Source: Tubiluchus corallicola (lineage: Eukaryota > Animalia > Priapulida). From it: DNA of 40,646 nt. The stretch covers positions 1-40,646 of the forward strand of contig JAQGDQ010001445.1 of the NCBI GenBank assembly GCA_030141605.1. Direction: 5' to 3'. Shown one piece after another: positions 11,982 through 24,075 of the stretch (within the stretch, counting starts at the first letter, position 1; the number at the start of each line of letters is the position of its first letter). The position numbers were made by a program, and so were the translations under genes. Under the pieces are notes generated by a model. That model was not told the origin of the DNA and did no database searches. It saw only the letters and a program-made list of their open reading frames with translations.

Positions 11982-12395
11982 TGTTTAAAAAACAAATGTA
12001 TACAAGAAGGTGTCCCTGTATTTGCAGAGAGTTGTTCTACATGTAAATAAAACTGATTGATTTGAATATATTAAGACACATCATAGATATAGAATTACAT
12101 AAATAGTAGGTTGACTGATAATGTTACACAAACGCAGGCGGCTTTAATTTAAAATAAAACAAAACTGACTGGCACACAACACTAATACAGACTACATTTA
12201 CAATGTTGATTAAAGGGCCTAATTTGTTTAACGGAAATTTCGATACATCTACAGAATTACGCGGAGACTGACAGATACCGAAACAGACATACGAGACGTA
12301 GAAAAGCAGTTATCGCCTACAGGAAGGAATTGGATAAGATAGAATCGTGAATGTTTGGTCCACAACATGTCCAAACAATAACAAAAACTGGCTAA

Positions 12396-12663
12396 GCGAT
12401 GAGTTGAAACCTGGAGTTCACACTAGATGGCGCTACAGGACATGGGCGTGGCGGCGTGTTCTGATGTCACCAGCTTGTAAATCTTGCTAGTATCATGCCA
12501 TTTTGCGTTGACTAGTACACCTTTACTGCTGCGATGAGTTGAAACCTGGAATTCACACTAGATGGCGCTGCTGGACATGGGCGTGGCGTCGCGTTCTGAT
12601 GTCAGCTTGTAAATTCTTGCTAATATCATCCCATTTTGTGTTGACTGGTACACCATCACTGCT
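12396..12663. repeat. 135-bp tandem duplication; each copy has a CTCF-like motif
   Basis: gcgatgagttgaaacctgga at 12396 and 12531; CACTAGATGGCGCT at 12421 and 12556. Confidence 0.85.
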
Positions 12664-13343
12664 TTTACAGCTATGTTCGATCAACCCTTAATCCATTGTT
12701 AGCCCTACACATTCAGTTCTTATTACAGAGTGGTCAAATTCGAACCACATGTCCAGCGCTGTGTCTGTAGCAGTCGTGAAGGTTTCACGTCTAACGAAAC
12801 CCCTGGATCTGGGTCACGCAGCTTTGCTCTCGGGAGGCGTATACACGTCCGTGGCGGCCTGAACAGAGGCCCCAATTTTAACACAGCCACTTTATCAGAT
12901 GTGTCCTGCTGGTGAATCAACAACCTGGTTCTGGATCAGCCTTTGTTGGTATTATCCAAATAAACAAGTATAAGTTAATGCTAAGGAAGAGTTTAAGAGC
13001 ATACCAGATTTTACCCACACTGGGCGTATCGTGTTTCCGAAGCCAAGTATTCATTCTAGGCGGGGTTTTCTGATGGCTTCTCTTTACCTTCTCATACGTA
13101 TAGCAATCACTCTTTATAATGCAGTAAGCTATTTTAGTTACCAGCCCTATATACTGGTGATATGTTAGCTAGCAAGAAATTAGGTATGTTGAACTTGTAA
13201 AAGCTGCAATAAAAATGTCGTCATCGCTGCTACCGAAGTCTTCACTCTCATCAATCATGGACGATCTTTTCCATTTTCAAATTTTTGTTCTAACACGTCT
13301 TTCTTAGCTTCTTCTCCTATTTCCCCTTATTACCAACAATGGA

Positions 13344-13945
13344 GTCGTCGTCGTCGTCGTCGTCGTCGTCGTTGTTAGCATCATGAATAGCAGCAGAAAC
13401 AGCAGTAGTAACAGCAGAAACAGCAGTAGATACAGCAGAAACAGCAGTAGCAACAGCAACAGCAGCAACAGTAGAAACAGCAGTAGTAACAGCGGAAGCA
13501 GCAGCAGCAACAGCAGTAGCAACATCAGAAACAGAAGTAACTACAGCAGAAACAGCAGCAACAGCAACAGCAGTAGCAACAGCAGAAACAGCAGAAACAG
13601 AAACAGCACCAGTAGAAACAGCAGTAGCAACAGCAGAAACAGCAGCAGCAACAGCAGTAGCAACCTCAGAAACACAGCAGAAATAGCAGTAGCAACAGCA
13701 GAAACAGCAGCAGCAACAGCAGTAGCAACCTCAGAAACAGCAGAAATAGCAGTGGCAACAGCAACAGCAGTAGCAACAGCAGAAACAGCAGAAACAGAAA
13801 CAGCAACAGTAGAAACAGCAGTAGCAACAGCAGAAACAGCAGCAGCAACAGCAGAAACAGTAACAGCAGCAGTAACAGCAGAAACAGTAACAGCAGCAGT
13901 AACAGCAGAAACAGTAACAGCAACAGCAGTAGCAACAGCAGAAGT
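13344..13945. repeat. (GTC)n followed by degenerate CAG/AAC/AGT trinucleotide low-complexity tract
   Basis: Directly visible; gives poly-Ser/Ala/Leu ORFs in several frames. Confidence 0.9.
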
Positions 13946-14296
13946 ATTAGAACTGTATCACTGCTCACCATAAATGCGAATAAGCAATGAACGACATAAG
14001 TCTGTTTTACATATACCTGGACGAGCTGCGCTTTTGAGAACTATATACCGACTATATACGCTTCAAATTCAGCTAGGGTTGCCATCACTCCTCATTTAGC
14101 CTCTTGAAATTCAGCCACAGATGCGTAATTCGGTCGGATTTTTGAAAAATTTTGAAATATCCCGATTTCAACCATCGCTTTCAAATTTAACTGGTAAGAG
14201 GTGGAAATACAACTTGCATTCTATTGAAACTTTGCAAAAATTAAGCCAAAAAACACCTAAATCTCTGTTAGTAAGAGAGAAAACTTATTAAATTAA

Positions 14297-14907
14297 AGGA
14301 AGACAGGATGATTTTTCATACACTACCCCATTTTCAAGTCCGATCAAAAATATACGATATAACACACTTTATCCTGCAAAAGCGTTTCTGATAATTAAAT
14401 AATAGATTAAAAACTTAATTAACGGCCGAACTATTGATGACATCACAAACTAACATAATATTCAACGGCAAAAATATTCCACGAGCGTGTTGCACGTGTT
14501 TGTGAAAGCGAAAAATGAAGTACAGTGCTACTGTAAGATATTGAGCGTGTTGTACTGAAACTAGGCAAGTTTTAAGATAAAAATTCAAATTTCACATTTA
14601 CTGCTGTGCTCACGCATGAGCTGTACAACGTGTGTATTTCGTCACAAACTAAAACATCTGAACTGAAAGGTACAGCACCTCCTTTTTGTGTAATGCGTTT
14701 CTGAAATGCAGGCGCTAGTGCCCGTTTAACTAGCGAATGGAGAAATGCATGTGACAGCGAAGAACTAGTGGCGCGAACGTGAATTTGTGTTTGTGTGGTA
14801 ATAATTCTTTTACGTAAGTCATTCTTGAAAAAATAGTTTGTTTCCTTTCAATATTTTAAAGAATAGATTGTTTTGACCTACAGTTTAAGACTGGGTCCAG
14901 TTTTGTT
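14297..14907 (+). mobile_element. TTAA-flanked Kolobok-like MITE, family B copy 1
   Basis: TTAA|AGGAAGACAGGA ... GGGTCCAGTTTTGTT|TTAA; homologous end-to-end with the reverse complement of 35427-36325. Confidence 0.85.
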
Positions 14908-15096
14908 TTAAGAGTAATCGATTGTATGGCTTCATCATTTCACCCCGTCTAAATTTTTCTCCAATTTTTGCTGCAGAGGTAACCGGTCTGTTTTTAGAGT
15001 CTAAGACAAGCAGTTTAAATTTCTTGATTTTAGTTTCTGAGAAAAATACCTCATAAAGTATCTAAACTTCAATAAAAATTCTTGCTTTCCGCGAGT

Positions 15097-15327
15097 ACGT
15101 CGAGTGACCCAATGACGTCGAGTGATCCAATGACGTCGAGTGACCCAATGACGTCGAATGACCCAATAATGCCGAGCGACCCAATGACGTCGAGCGACAC
15201 AATGATGTCGAGGGACCCAATGACGTCGAGTGACCCAATGACGTCGAGTGACCCAATGACGTCGTGCGACCCAATGACGTCGGGTGACCCAATGACATCG
15301 AGTGACGCAATGACGAGTGACCCAATG
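15097..15327. repeat. 18-bp tandem repeat (gacgtcgagtgacccaat), ~13 copies
   Basis: 6-aa periodicity (MTSSDP) in ORFs. Confidence 0.95.
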
Positions 15328-15351
15328 GAGGAGCTTACAGACCCTTGGTTG

Positions 15352-15879
15352 GCTCTTGACTCCTGACTTCGGTTCATGACGGGATGGCAACCCTAGCACT
15401 TGACTCCTGACTTCGGTTCATGACGGGATGGCAACCCCAGCACTTGACTCCTGAATTCGGTTCATGACGGGATGGCAACCCCAGCACTTGACTCCTGACT
15501 TCGGTTCATAACGGGATGGCAACCCTAGCACTTGACTCCTGAATTCGGTTCTTAACGAGATGACAACCCCAGCACTCGACTCCTGAATTCGGTTCTTAAC
15601 GAGATGACAACCCTAGCTCTTGACTCCTGACTTCGGTTCATGATGGGCTGGCAACCCTAGCACTTGACTCCTGACTTCGGTTCTTAACGAGATGACAACC
15701 CTAGCTCTTGACTCCTGACTTCGGTTCATGATGGACTGGCAACCCTAGCACTTGACTCCTGACTTCGGTTCATGACGGGATGGCAACCCCAGCACTCGAC
15801 TCCTGACTTCGGTTCATGATGGGCTGGCAACCCCAGCACTTGACTCCTGAATTCGGTTCATGACGGGCTGGCAACACTA
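15352..15879 (+). repeat. 44-bp tandem array, 12 copies; unit equals the hAT right terminus (gcacttgactcctgacttcggttcatgacgggatggcaacccta)
   Basis: tcctga recurs at 15361, 15405, etc.; each unit ends in the TIR. Confidence 0.93.
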
Positions 15880-16219
15880 CATTCAGTGATGTCCATTACC
15901 AACTCTGTCCAGGAACGTTGCCACATGCGTTTAAAAGGCTGTACACATCATAACATAGAAGCTGCAAGCGTTAACAAGTATTTATAACTGCCACCGATAT
16001 GAGTGTTTACAATTCACGCGCTTCTGGGAATTTAATAGTGGAATTTATTATTGCCTATAGAGGCCAACTAAACCTACTTCAGTTTCGTGTACAGAAGGTA
16101 CTAGGTGGCGTGATGTTGCTTTATCCCAAAAGCTTTGATTACAGATCTCTACGCTGAGGGTCTACAGCTGTGCAGTGTGAACGCAACTTAATGCGGACTT
16201 AGAGTCTGCGTTACTTTAC

Positions 16220-16400
16220 GAAGAAAGAGAGAGAGAGAGCGAGAGCGGAAAAGAGAGAGAGAAAAAGAAAAAGGGAAAGGGAGAGGGAGACACAGAGAGA
16301 ACGGAAGACAGAGAGAGAGAAAAAGAAAAAGGGAAAGAAAGAGAGAGAGAGATGGAGAGAGAGAAAGCGAAAGAGAGAGACAGAGAGAAAAAGAGAAAGT

Positions 16401-16468
<68 letters not shown>

Positions 16469-16635
16469 AAGATGAGCGCGGACATCTGAGAGGGAAATAG
16501 AGAGAGAGGGGGAGAGAAATAAGAGGCTGAAAGAGAGAAAGGAGTAAGAGAGAGTGGTGGAAAAAACTGAGAGGCTGAGAGAGTGAGACAGAAGGAAAGG
16601 GAGAGTGAGAGAAACAGACAGAGAGGGAGAGGGAG
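16220..16635. repeat. (AG)n / polypurine low-complexity tract
   Basis: Directly visible. Confidence 0.95.
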
Positions 16636-16821
16636 TTTGGGGGCATCCATCTCCTAGGAAAATGGTGTGCAATATGGAAATACTTCCAGCCGTCGCCCAT
16701 TCGTTTGCTGTCCAGATTACGCGCTACTCGCCTTCATGATTCCATTGTACGTTTTTATTTTGTTCGTGATTTTATTTAATTTGTTATTTTTCTTACAGGT
16801 AAATATTATTAGATTATCAAA

Positions 16822-16858
16822 ATGAGTATTATGGTAGATGAGACCGACCCGGAAGGGG
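16822..16858 (+). CDS. MLCK: First coding exon of a myosin light chain kinase-like (sqa-like) gene: MSIMVDETDPEG; exon 16799-16858, phase-1 donor
   Basis: Acceptor ttttcttacAG (16797-16798), in-frame TAG at 16810, start context tcaaaATG, donor GTAAGT at 16859. The peptide resembles the VDExDPxG N-terminus I recall for short invertebrate MLCKs, and its phase matches the exon at 40379. Confidence 0.8.
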
Positions 16859-16924
16859 GTAAGTAATCATTTTTTATACTCTAATGACATCCATAATTGT
16901 AATTGTATGACTAGTAAAGCTTAA

Positions 16925-17586
16925 AGGACAAGAAAAGGGGGCACCTGAAGTAGGCTTCAGAAAAATCGCCTTAAAAATTGTATTACTTTACAGCAATTTT
17001 ATGCGTACATTGTTCTCGCATCGCTTGTTTTCATTTTAAGCTTCCCACAATACTGTTCCGACGGCGCCATTACATGACGTCACTTACGCAACAACGTAAG
17101 TCATGGGAAGAAAAGGCAATGTTAATTTATGTCCCAAAAAACTTTCCAAGCAAACCTATATTACTTAGCATTTCACTTACCAGCTGGAACGACTTACGTA
17201 ACTAGACTAATAATTTAAAATGTTTGTGCCAAATGGTAAAATGTCGCTGACTCACCATCCAGGGTGCGCCACTCACTAGCCAAAAACGTACTTTTAATCT
17301 TATTGACAAGATACAGTAATTTAAAATTTTACTTAATTAGCAACATGTATGCTACGAATGCTCTGGTTATTTTTTCAAACTTTACTCAATGTTATCAAAA
17401 CTTGTTTCAAACGACCTGCCATTAAAATGGCTGCACCTAACGGTCATCGCGGGAGTTTAAATTTACATGTTTTATACAGCGTTGCTGCCGACGCGAGCCC
17501 TGCATATGAAAAGGTAGTATGTAAGTGGTATAAAATTTCGAAGCGAATTTTTTAAGCTTTATGAAAGTGGGGGGTATTCTTGTGCT
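16925..17586 (+). mobile_element. TTAA-flanked Kolobok-like MITE, family C copy 1
   Basis: TTAA|AGGACAAGAA ... TTCTTGTGCT|TTAA; homologous to 23600-24075 and ~23100-23545. Confidence 0.85.
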
Positions 17587-17822
17587 TTAACCGCCATCAG
17601 CACAGTGAATAATCAATAAAACCCATTAGTCAATACCGTCAATATTATGAGGATTTTTAAACGCATAAATAAACTTTTAGATAAACAATTTTGCAAACCC
17701 AAAAATGATTCAAAAATGACTGTACAATCGTTGCTGTTCCGCCACGTGGTTGGGGCATATAATATGTTGCTTAGAGCCTCAAAAGCGAAAACAATATTCA
17801 AGGCATTGTTATTCGCTTTTAA

Positions 17823-18277
17823 CCCTTTCAGTCTCAATTTATTTTTTTAATAAGAATTTTTTTTGGCTTGGTACTTTTGTTCAGTATGTCCATCTTCTTT
17901 ACACATAATAATTTTTTTCTACCTGTGCCCGCGTGCTAAATATAGCCTGTATCCCATGGGATACATCGGGATTCAATGGAAGCATGAAATGTGCTTCATT
18001 TTGCAACTGCTGACAATTTTTTAAAGTATTTAAGACATTTAGTATGCATGCTATGCTGATCTGTACAAAGTCGTCTCTAAAGTACTGTACCTTGCGCAGT
18101 TTTTTATGCTATGTAGATTTTCTAGTTTGAAAATTTTATCACCATTTTTAGTCTATTGTTATTGGCTTAAATCAGAATAACTATTAACAGATCAAATGAC
18201 TGTCAGTTTTAAAATTTTATTAATTTCAAAGGTAGAAAATATTCTCGTATCCCACGGGTACAACGGGTATGAAAGGG
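17823..18277. mobile_element. piggyBac-like MITE (455 bp)
   Basis: TTAA|CCCTTTCA ... TGAAAGGG|TTAA; internal repeated motif gtatcccayggg at ~17949 and ~18247. Confidence 0.75.
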
Positions 18278-18362
18278 TTAATAAACATAAAAATGCTGTT
18301 TGGCGAGCCTCTATTACACTGACTACAAAAGACTGAATGAATAGATCGAGTCGCTTAATTAA

Positions 18363-18911
18363 AGGAACGCAGAACGATTGTGTAAACATTAGTTCAGAAT
18401 AAAGCATGCTCTAAAATATTGAAAACTACAATAGCTTTTGTTTAAATCAAAGCTTAGATTAAATAATAATTACCTCGGATACTCAAATTTTGTTAAACTT
18501 TCAAAGTCGCGCACAGCTCAGCGAATCCGCTGGCAATGGCGCCTTTTTGTCACATTCGCGTGGCCGACAAATAGTCGCAGTACCTTGATAAGCATTATCA
18601 TGAACTGCAGTGTTCGTCTGTGACATCAGTGTGAAGCAGAGCTCATTTTCGTGACATCAACATCAGCGTCTTATAGCAATCTTCGCTTACGCAAACGTGC
18701 TTGACGCATAGGGAAGATGCCTGTCATTGCACAAACTGTGGTAAGCTTGTGACGTAAAGGATAGCTGTGTTTTTTTGCCATTAATTAACTTTTCAAAGTA
18801 ATCATTCAATATTAGAAACAATTGCTAACTTTTATAGACAAGAAAATGTATATTTTGGAAAGTAAATTAAAATGAGATTGAGTCTAATTAATCCAATTGT
18901 CCGGTTTTCTT
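18363..18911 (-). mobile_element. Kolobok-like MITE, family A copy 2
   Basis: TTAA|AGGAACGCAGAACGA ... TTGTCCGGTTTTCTT|TTAA; reverse complement aligns with 25178-25721. Confidence 0.85.
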
Positions 18912-19245
18912 TTAAATATCTAGTGAAGCGTAGTTTTCGATGCTAATTTCGTTCATTTGTTAATCTTACAAGCGCAGTAGTTATACGAAGCGCCCTCTAA
19001 ACATGTTAATTCATAACAGCAGCTTGACAGCTTGAGAAATAGTTTTGTAAACTCTCGGCGAACTGCAGTGCTTTGACGAACGCGTACAGTTGTTCTACAA
19101 ATGTCAAATATTACAAAAATGAAAAAAACGGAAAAGTTTAGTGAAGTTAAATAAGGAAGAATTAATGCTGCACTGAATGTTACAATTGTGATGAAAGTTG
19201 CAATCTTGAACTTACAGAAACTCAATTTTCTTTGAAATTGGAAAC

Positions 19246-20456
19246 TTTAGCAATATTTAGCTGAAACTTGTCTAAAGAATTCACTAGAACTTGATCGTGT
19301 GTCCAATTTTAGCAATATTTAGCTGAAACTTGTCTAAAGAATTCACTAGAACCTTTTCGTGTCTCCAATTTTAGCGATATTTTAGCAATAAAATTGGACA
19401 CACGACAAAGTTCTAGTGAATTCTTTAGACAAGTTTCAGCTAAATATTGCTAAAATTGCACACACGACAAGGTTCTGGTGAATTCTTTAGACAAGTTTCA
19501 GCTAAAAATTGCTAAAATTGGACACACGACAAGGTTCTGGTGAATTCTTTAGACACGTTTCAGCTAAATATTGCTAAAATTGGACACACGGCAAGTTTCT
19601 GGTGAATTCTTTAGACACGTTTCAGCTAAATATTGCTAAAATTGGACACACAACAAGGTTCTGGTGAATTCTTTAGATAAGTTTCAGCCAAATATTGCTA
19701 AAATTGGACACACTACAACGTTCTGGTGAATTCTTTAGACAAGTTTCAGCCAAATATTGCTAAAATTGGACACACTACAAGGTTCTGGTAAAATCTTTAA
19801 ACAAGTTTCGGCTAAATATTGCCACAATTGGACACACTACAAGGTTCTGGTGAATTCTTTAGACAAGTTTCAGCCAAATATTGCTAAAATTGGACACACT
19901 ACAAGGTTCTGGTAAAATCTTTAAACAAGTTTCGGCTAAATATTGCCAAAATTGGACACACGACAAGGCTCTGGTAAATTCTTTAAACAAGTTTCGGCTA
20001 AATATTGCCAAAATTGGACACACTACAAGGTTCTGGTAAAATCTTTAGACAAGTTTCAGCTAAATATTGCAAAAATTGGACACGTGACAATGTTCTGGGG
20101 AATTCTTTGGACAAGTTTCAGCTAAATATTGCTAAAATTGGACACACGACAAGGTTCTAGTGAATACTTTAGACAAGTTTAAGCTAAATATTGCTAAAAT
20201 TGGACACACGACAAGGTTCTAGTGAATACTTTAGACAAGTTTAAGCTAAATATTGCTAAAATTGGACACACGACAAGGTTCTGGTGAATTCCTTGAACAA
20301 GTTTCAGCTAAATATTGCTAAAATTGGACACGTGACAATGTTCTGGGGAATTCTTTGGACAAGTTTCAGCTAAATATTGCTAAAAGTGGACGCACCACAA
20401 GGTTCTAGTAAATTCTTTGGACAAGTTTCAGCTAAATATTGCCTAAAATTGGACAC
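19246..20456. repeat. 62-bp satellite: ~2 copies in one orientation (19246-19389), then ~17 copies inverted (19390-20456)
   Basis: Unit ttttagcaatatttagctgaaacttgtctaaagaattcactagaaccttgtcgtgtgtccaa and its reverse complement; orientation switches at ~19390. Confidence 0.93.
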
Positions 20457-22154
20457 CACTGGGGCAAAGTTATAGTTCTGAAAACCTGCGTAAAAAACTT
20501 TCAGTTTATTGGATCTTGAGTTACGTCTGGCTTGGCTCAACTGGGATTAGAGATTGTATCAAATTATAAATCGGAATGCATCGAGTTCAGACACGGAAGT
20601 TCTTGTTTTTTGGAAGGCAGTCGACTGAGTCGAGCAACGTGAAAATCGTGGGAACCAGGAATCTTCCGGTTAAGCTAAGCATTCACTCCAAAATGACACG
20701 TTAATGCGTTGTTATGTCGGTTTTCATAGAAACTCTGTCGTTTGCGAATAGCTGCTGAAAAACCTGTCCGTCCTGGATACTTTTAACGTGAGTAACACGG
20801 TTTTTGGGTAACTTGCGAAAAACAAATCAGCTGTGAAAAAAGTTAAAATACCCAAGTCTCAAAATGCCTTGCTCTCTTTGGGTTCTCCATAGCGCTGTAA
20901 CTTTATAAACAGATCTGTTTCGCCGTGAAGACGTCTCGTTCTCGTTCTCGATGTTATCGTAATAAGTTTTTGGTCACTTTTTCATATTCGTGTCACGATA
21001 GAGTTGCTTCGCATCGTCTAAAATTTTACCATAAAACAAATTCTACTGCATCCCAAATACCATATTCACGAAATGGATTCCATGACAACGCTAAAAGGTG
21101 ATCCAAGCCGCGTATCCAGGCACCTTGGGAAGAAGAAACGTAATGCGCGAGTAACCCAGTGCTTCGCATTCCGGACTAATTTATTGTTAATATTTGTGCC
21201 CAATGCCTCGATTTCGATCCTAAAAAACAAGTCACTCAGTATGTTGGCTTTATTTTACGGTTATCACTTAAACTTAGAAAAACATGACAAAGAAATTTGC
21301 AAAAAAAAACTGCCCACACACCACAAATTTAAAATGTGCTGCCTCTGAATAGACATTTTCCGGCGTGGTGGTTGTAGCCATTCACTTGAAAATCATGACA
21401 TAACTGGGAGACTTCGTAACTTTCCGAGCGGCGTGCCCTTTAAACTAATTCAAATTTCTGCAACCTACCTAATATTCACGCAAAAATATTACAAAATGAG
21501 CTATCTAAATTTTTTGCAGAAACTTATTATACTTTTGATGAATATTGACAGTGCACTACTCTCTTCAAGACGAATGACGTCACTGGAGGAAGAATGGCCG
21601 TTGAAAATGGAAGTGCCCAAGCATGAAGTGATCGCGACTTTAAATCGATTTTACTAATTACACGAGACGCTTATGGCAGTTTTATTACTAAGCCCACTCT
21701 AACAGTTTTCGCGATAATTGAAATAAGCCTAACGCCCTAGAAGGCTTGATCTTTCCTTTAATTGCTTCATAGTAGCATAAATGGCGCATGGTTCTTTGGT
21801 GGCAATTATGGTTGCACTACAAAAGAAGAAATCTTTATTGGTTTTAACCCTTTTCATTAATCAATTTTCGTATTAATTTAGATTAAGTAGGAATATCTTG
21901 CACTGACTAGTTATAAAAATACTCGTTATAAAAATTTTACATGCCTGAAAATCTATCTAAGTGTATATTACAACGTATGGCTTCCTAAACGCGAAGCCAG
22001 TAAAAAATCGAGGAGATTAGCATCGGCTGACTTCATGAAAGCGTTTGATGTTTTTATGTAAACATGCCAGCTTTTGTCTCGGGTGTTTATATGAGAAGTT
22101 TGATGTATTTTGTGTAAACAAGCTTTTGTGTCTCGGGTATCTCCAGTAACTCGG

Positions 22155-22975
22155 CTAAAGAATCCGCTAGAACCTTGTCGTGTGTCCAATTTTAGCAATA
22201 TTTAGCTGAAACTTGTCTATAGAATTCACTGGAACCTTGTCGTGTGTCCAATTTTAGCAATATTTAGCTGAAACCTGTCTAAAGAATTCACCAGAACCTT
22301 GTCGTGTGTCCAATTTTAGCAATATTTAGCTAAAATTTGTCTAAAGAATTCACTAGAACCTTGTCGTGTTTCCAATTGTAGCAATATTTGGCTGAAACTT
22401 GTCTAAAGAATTCACTAGAACTTTATCGTGTGTCCAATTTTAGCAATATTTAGCTGAAACTTGTCTAAAGAATTCACTAGAACCTTGTCGTGTGTCCAAT
22501 TTTAGCAATATTTAGCTGAAACGTGTCTAAAGAATTTAACAGAACCTTGTCTTGTGTGCAATTTTAGCAATATTTAGCTGAAACGTGTCTAAAGAATTTA
22601 CCAGAACCTTGTCGTGTGTCCAATTTTAGCAATATTTAGCTGAAACTTGTCTAAAGAATTCACTAGAACTTTATCGTGTGTCCAATTTTAGCAATATTTA
22701 GCTGAAACGTGTCTAAAGAATTTACCAGAACCTTGTCGTGTGTCCAATTTTAGCAATATTTGGCTGAAACTTGTCTAAAGAATTTACCAGAACCTTGTCG
22801 TGTGTCCAATTTTAGCAATATTTGGCTGAAACGTGTCTAAAGAATTTACCAGAACCTTGTCGTGTGTCCAATTTTAGCAATATTTGGCTGAAACTTGTCT
22901 AAAGAATTTACCAGAACCTTGTCGCGTGTGCAATTTTAGCAATATTTCGCTGAAACTTGTCAAAAGAATTCACCA
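22155..22975. repeat. 62-bp satellite, ~13 copies, inverted relative to 19390-20456
   Basis: Same unit (gaaccttgtcgtgtgtccaattttagcaatatttagctgaaac...). Confidence 0.93.
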
Positions 22976-23099
22976 CAATTGTCTAAAAATGTTAGAAAGT
23001 CAAGCAACCGACACACAATAAGAAATTTCAGTGCTTTCTCTGACTCTATAACAGGTTATAAGCTTCTAGCAATGCTATTTACAAAGACCCAAATTTTAA

Positions 23100-23545
23100 T
23101 TTAAAACGGGAAGAACTTGCAATTTCAAAGTACATATCCCCCAAAGAACTTTCCACACAAAGTTATGTTACTTTGCACTACGCTTACCTGTTTGAAAAAC
23201 TTTTGTAATTGGAAAAGAAAATTCTTAATAATTTACAATATTCGTGCCACCTGAGAACCACAATATATCGCCATCCCAGTGTGCACCACTGATTCACAAA
23301 AAAAGACACATTGTTGATCTTATTGGCAATATAAAGTAATTGATATTTTTGCTTTGTTAGCAAAGAGTGCGCTACAAATGTTCTGACTATCTTTCCAAAT
23401 TTGATGAAATGGTATCTAAATTTGCTTCAAACGACTTATCTTTAAAATGGCTACGCCTAACGGTCATCGCGGGAGTTTACAAGTTTTAGACAGCGTTACT
23501 GTTAACGCAAGCCCTGTATGCAGACAGTCGGCATGTAAGTTATTG
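23100..23545 (+). mobile_element. Diverged partial copy of Kolobok-like family C
   Basis: Shares aaaatggct.c.cctaacggtcatcgcgggagttta and flanking sequence with 17130-17525; ends not defined. Confidence 0.65.
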
Positions 23546-23599
23546 AAAGAGTTATAGTTTGTTGTTGATCTGCCTATGGAAATCTTCTGCTTGATTTAA

Positions 23600-24075
23600 T
23601 TGACAAGAAAAGGGGTACCTGAAGTAGGTTTCAGAAAAATTGCCTTAAAAAATTATATTACTTTACAGCAATTTTTTTACAACAATTATATGTTGAAAGG
23701 CATTTTTGTTTGTTTTCATTGTAAATCTCCCGCAATACTATTCCGAAGTCGCCATTACATGACGTCACTTAGGCACACGTAAATCAGAGGAAGAAAAGGA
23801 AAAGTTAAAGAATAAAGTAATGTAAAATTTTAATTAGGTAGTAACGCGTGTGCTACGAATGCTCTGATTATTTTTTCAGAGTTTAGAAAATGTTATCTAA
23901 ATTTGTTTCAAATGACCTGTCGTCAAAATGGCTGCGTCTAACGGTCATCGTGGGAGTTTAAATTTACACGTTTTATACAGCGTTACGGCCGACGCAAGCC
24001 CTGCATGAAAAAAGGTAAAGTGTAAGTTGTGTAAAAATTTTTGAGCTTTATGTTTATGAAGGGGTTTCTTGCGCT
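23600..24075 (+). mobile_element. Kolobok-like MITE, family C copy 2 (internally deleted)
   Basis: TTAA|TTGACAAGAAAAGGGG ... TTCTTGCGCT|TTAA; shorter than copy 1. Confidence 0.82.

Larger units (their letters stand above)
14074..15879 (+). mobile_element. Non-autonomous hAT (Blackjack-type TIR) element with a nested Kolobok-like MITE, an 18-bp subterminal array and an amplified right terminus
   Basis: Left TAGGGTTGCCATC at 14074; right GATGGCAACCCTA in the array units and a final TGGCAACACTA ending 15879. The 8-bp flanks aattcagc / cattcagt match 6/8, consistent with an aged hAT TSD. Confidence 0.72.

Noticed and set aside
13383-13973. 196-aa Ser/Asn/Ala/Thr-rich ORF (antifreeze- or mucin-like)
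   Set aside because: Trinucleotide low complexity; composition flips at an apparent frameshift; no supporting gene structure.
20457-22154. Transposase gene in the foldback core
   Set aside because: Only short open frames on either strand; no DDE, zinc-finger or other motif I can recognise.
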